A DNA stretch of 64,000 nt from Anolis carolinensis (lineage: Eukaryota): the NCBI RefSeq assembly GCF_035594765.1, contig NW_026943818.1, positions 29,966,532-30,030,531 on the forward strand, given 5' to 3'. This document shows, piece by piece, positions 60,340 to 64,000 of the stretch. Under the pieces are notes generated by a model. It saw nothing but the letters and a program-made list of their open reading frames with translations. It made no database searches and had not been told where the DNA came from. Made by a program: the position numbers and the translations under genes. Positions within the stretch are counted from its first letter, which is position 1; every line of letters begins with the position of its first letter.

Positions 60340-60600
60340 TAATCATCATGATGTGACAGCGCAGATGGGCCCTTTGGCTGCCCTTTGGCCAAGGAGGGAG
60401 CCGAACAAGCCCAAGCCGAACTGACATTTGGCATGTGTCATGGGACCGAGATGGATGGGCCTCCCCTCCCGGCCTCCGCCAGGCAGGCATTCCTTCCTTC
60501 TTTCCTTCCTTCCTTCCTTTCTCGGCCCCAAAGAGCAGCCGCTATTTTTAGGCCCCGGTTGGCAAGATAAGCAGCAGAGGCTCCCCGGGAAGCAGCAGCA
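60340..60600. promoter_or_regulatory. Candidate muscle enhancer upstream of SMTNL2
   Basis: Unique island with consensus MEF2 CTATTTTTAG 60542-60551, GATA AGATAA at about 60565, TGACA (MEIS-type) sites and E-box CAGATG. Confidence 0.5.
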
Positions 60601-60847
60601 GCAACATAACAACAACAACATCAACAACAACAACACCAAGGAGAAGCAGGCGAAGCTCTGAAGACAACTTTGGGTTTCCTCCCAATTTCTTGTTGTTATT
60701 ATTATTATTATGATTTTATTCTGACACAGCAAACAAGATAGACATGCTGGATTTCGTATCACAGAATCACAAGTCGAACACTTCCCAAGTGTCTAGGACT
60801 GTGTGATGTATTTTCAGATGATGCGTGCATAATAATAATAATAATAA

Positions 60848-61870
60848 TCAGAAACTCCTCAAAGCACAGCAGACAAAAAAACAGTACAAGAAAACCGCAC
60901 TACAAACTAGAGCAGAACCAGTACAAGAAAACCGCACTACAAACTAGAGCAGAACCAGTACAAGAAAACCGCACTACAAACTAGAGCAGAACCAGCACAA
61001 GAAAACCGCACTACAAACTAGAGCAGAACCAGCACAAGAAAACCGCACTACAAACTAGAGCTGACAGCTGGCACAACAAAACATTGCATGGAAAGTTCCT
61101 TAACAAAACTGAAGGAAAAGCTGACAAGGAGAAGACCTGGCTCTGGCTCACGAATGGGACCCTGAAGAAGGAGACAGAAGGCCTGATCCTTGCAGCCCAG
61201 GAGCAAGACATCAGGACAAAGGCAATTCAGGCCAAGATCGAAAAATCAGCTGATGACCCAAAATGCAGGCTGTGCAAGGAAACCGACGAAACCATGGATC
61301 ATATCCTCAGCTGCTGTAAGAAAATCTCAGACAGACAGACTACAAACAGAGGCACAACTATGTGGTCCAAATGATTCATTGGAACTTATGCCTCAAGTAC
61401 CACCTCCCAGCAGCCAAGAACTGGTGGGATCACAAACCTGCAAAAGTCTTGGAAAATGAGCACGCAAAGAGACTGTGGGACTTCCAAATCCAGACTGACA
61501 AAGTTCTGGAACACAACACACCAGACATCACAGTTGTGGAAAAGAACAAGGTTTGGATCATTGATGTCGCCATCCCAGGTGACAGTCGCATAGATGAAAA
61601 ACAACAGGAAAAACTCAGCCGCTTTCAGGACCTCAAGATTGAACTTCAAAGACTCTGGCAGAAACCAGTACAGGTGCCGTGTCGAAAGATCTCAGCCGGC
61701 ATTTGGAAACAATAGACATTGACAAAATCATGATCTGCCAACTGCAAAAGGCCACCCGACTGGAATCTCAATCCGAAAATACATCACACAGTCCTAGACA
61801 CTTGGGAAGTGTTCGAATTGGGATTTTGTGATATGAAATCCAGCAGATCTATCTTGTTTGCTGTGTCATA
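60848..61870 (+). mobile_element. 5'-truncated, frameshifted R4/Dong-clade retrotransposon
   Basis: LHGKF..ETEGLILAAQEQ..CRLCKETDETMDHILSCC..PDITVVEKNKVWIIDVAIP, with an internal 36-bp tandem amplification at about 60880-61060 and (TAA)n flanks. Confidence 0.88.
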
Positions 61871-63099
61871 AGAAAATTATTATTATTATTACTATTATTA
61901 TTATATTTTATTATTTTATTGAAGAGGAACATTGTATATATATTATATACTACTTATTATATTTTATTGCTAATTATTAAATGTTACAGTAGAGTCTCAC
62001 TTATCCAACGTTCTGGATTATCCAACGCATTTTTGTAGTCCGTGTTTTCAATACATCGTGATAGTTTGGTGCTAAATTCGTAAATAAAGTAATTACTACA
62101 TAGCATTACTGCGTATTGAACAACAGTAGAGTCTCACTTATCCAACACTCACTTATGCAACGTTCTGGATTATCCAACTTTTTCTGTAAAATTCATTGTA
62201 TAACATGATGTTTTGGTGCTTAATTTGTAAAATCATAACCTAATTTGATGTTTAATAGGCTTTTCCTTAATCCCTCCTTATTATCCAAGATATTCACTTA
62301 TCCAAGCTTCTTCTGGCCCGTTTAGCTTGGATAAGTGAGACTCTACTGTATTTTGTTACGATTTGATTGATCTTGAGCATGTTTATTAATTTATAATATT
62401 TAATTGTTATATTTATTTATATTTATACTATTTGTATATTTATATTATTTTTATATATTATATTATGTTATTTATTTATAATATTTTAATATTATTTTTA
62501 TATTTTATATTATTATTTTATTTATTATTATAATAATTATATTTTATGTATTCGTTCATTACTATTTGATTGAACAGGAGCATATTTATTAATATATACG
62601 ATTTGTGTATAATATTTACTTATATTTATTTGTTTATTATCTTATACCTTATATATTTATATTATTTATTTTATATTGTCATTTATTATATTTTAATTTA
62701 ATATATATTATTATTATATTTTATTATTATTTTATGAGTATTTGTTACTTAATATTTTATCAAAGAGGAGCATTGCATTTATTCGATTTCATTATTTATT
62801 AATTAATTAAATAATGTTTATACTTTATGATTATTTCTTACAATTTGATTGAACAAGAGCACTGCATTCTATTTTATTATTATTTACTATTTTTTATTTA
62901 TCATATTTTAACTTAACTTTCAACTATCACTATTACATTTTATTTATTTATATTCATATTATATTTTATTATTGTATCTTATTTTTACTATCTATTTTGT
63001 TATTATTCATCAAGTAAATTTTATTTATTATTGTTGCAATATTATTGAATTAAATGGGTTCATTCAACAAAACTCACACCTTTGATGGACAGCGCCAGC

Positions 63100-64000
63100 C
63101 CGGCCTCGAGCAGCCAAGCCCCGCCCTCCCCTCCCCGTTGCCATGGCAGCCGGCTTTGTTGACGGGCGGGGTTGACTTTCATGCCGCCTGTGGAAGCCAC
63201 GCCCCCAATTGGCACTGGAAGCCCCGCCCCTCTGCTTCACGCCTTGTGGAGGCCACGCCTTCTGCGCCCCGCCCCTCTGGTCGAGCGTGAGGCGGAGCCA
63301 AACGAGGCCCGGATGTCATTTGCATAGAGTAATTGCAAGCCGCGCCTTCAAGGCACTTTGTGGGAAGCCCCGCCCCCTTCTACGCCACGCCCCTCTGGTC
63401 GAGCGTGAGGCGGAGCCAAACGAGGCCCGGATGTCATTTGCATAGAGTAATTGCAAGCCGCGCCTCCAAGGCATATTATGGGAAGCCCCGCCCCCTTCTA
63501 CGCCACGCCCCTCTTCTCGGCGTGAGGCGGAGCCAAACGAGGCCCGGATGTCATTTGCATAGAGTAATTGCAAGCCGCGCCTCCAAGGCAGATTATGGGA
63601 AGCCCCGCCCCCTTTTACGCCCCGCCCCTCTGGTCGAGCGTGAGGCGGAGCCAAACGAGGCCCGGATGTTATTTGCATAAAGTATTTCCAAGCCGCGCCT
63701 CCAAGGCACCTTGTGGGAAGCCACGCCCCCTTCTACGCCCCGCCCCTCCGCTTCACGCCTTGTGGAGGGCACGCTTTCTAAGCCCCGCCCCTCTAGTCGA
63801 GCGTGAGGCGGAGCCAAACGAGGCCCGGATGTCATTTGCATAAAGTATTTCCAAGCCGCGCCTCCAAGGCACCTTGTGGGAAGCCACGCCCCCTTCTACG
63901 CCCCGCCCCTCCGCTTCACGCCTTGTGGAGGGCACGCTTTCTAAGCCCCGCCCCTCTAGTCGAGCGTGAGGCGGAGCCAAACGAGGCCCGGATGTCATTT
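63100..64000. repeat. CpG-rich promoter-like island followed by a 118-180-bp tandem array with octamer and GC boxes
   Basis: X-box GTTGCCATGGCAGC 63137-63150. Units carry GAGGCGGAGCCAAACGAGGCCCGGATGTCATTTGCAT. Runs off the window end. Confidence 0.75.

Overview
Vertebrate genomic DNA, most likely a squamate such as Anolis (inferred from the Sauria SINE, Penelope, Dong/R4 and Helitron content, GC-rich exons, (TAA)n-rich introns and several N gaps). It holds five intron-containing protein genes: PEX12 (+), SLC13A5 (-), XAF1 (+), TEKT1 (-) and SMTNL2 (-). A 5'-TOP non-coding host gene on the - strand carries the U6-methylation guide snoRNA SNORD7. XAF1 intron 5 contains a very young, apparently intact Gypsy chromovirus with 971-bp LTRs. 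Main observations: (1) the chromovirus pol ORF runs about 98 codons into the LTR U3 and ends in an HMGN-like RRSAR[I/L] motif, and the same motif with the same spacing but different codons occurs in two other diverged LTR relics here; (2) a 12-copy array of 80-bp Penelope-derived hammerhead ribozyme units lies in sense orientation in an SLC13A5 intron; (3) the chromovirus shows a self-priming PBS and a non-canonical -1 frameshift signal; (4) two separate tandem arrays amplify an LTR/half-tRNAiMet primer-binding junction. All calls come from reading the sequence; no searches were run.
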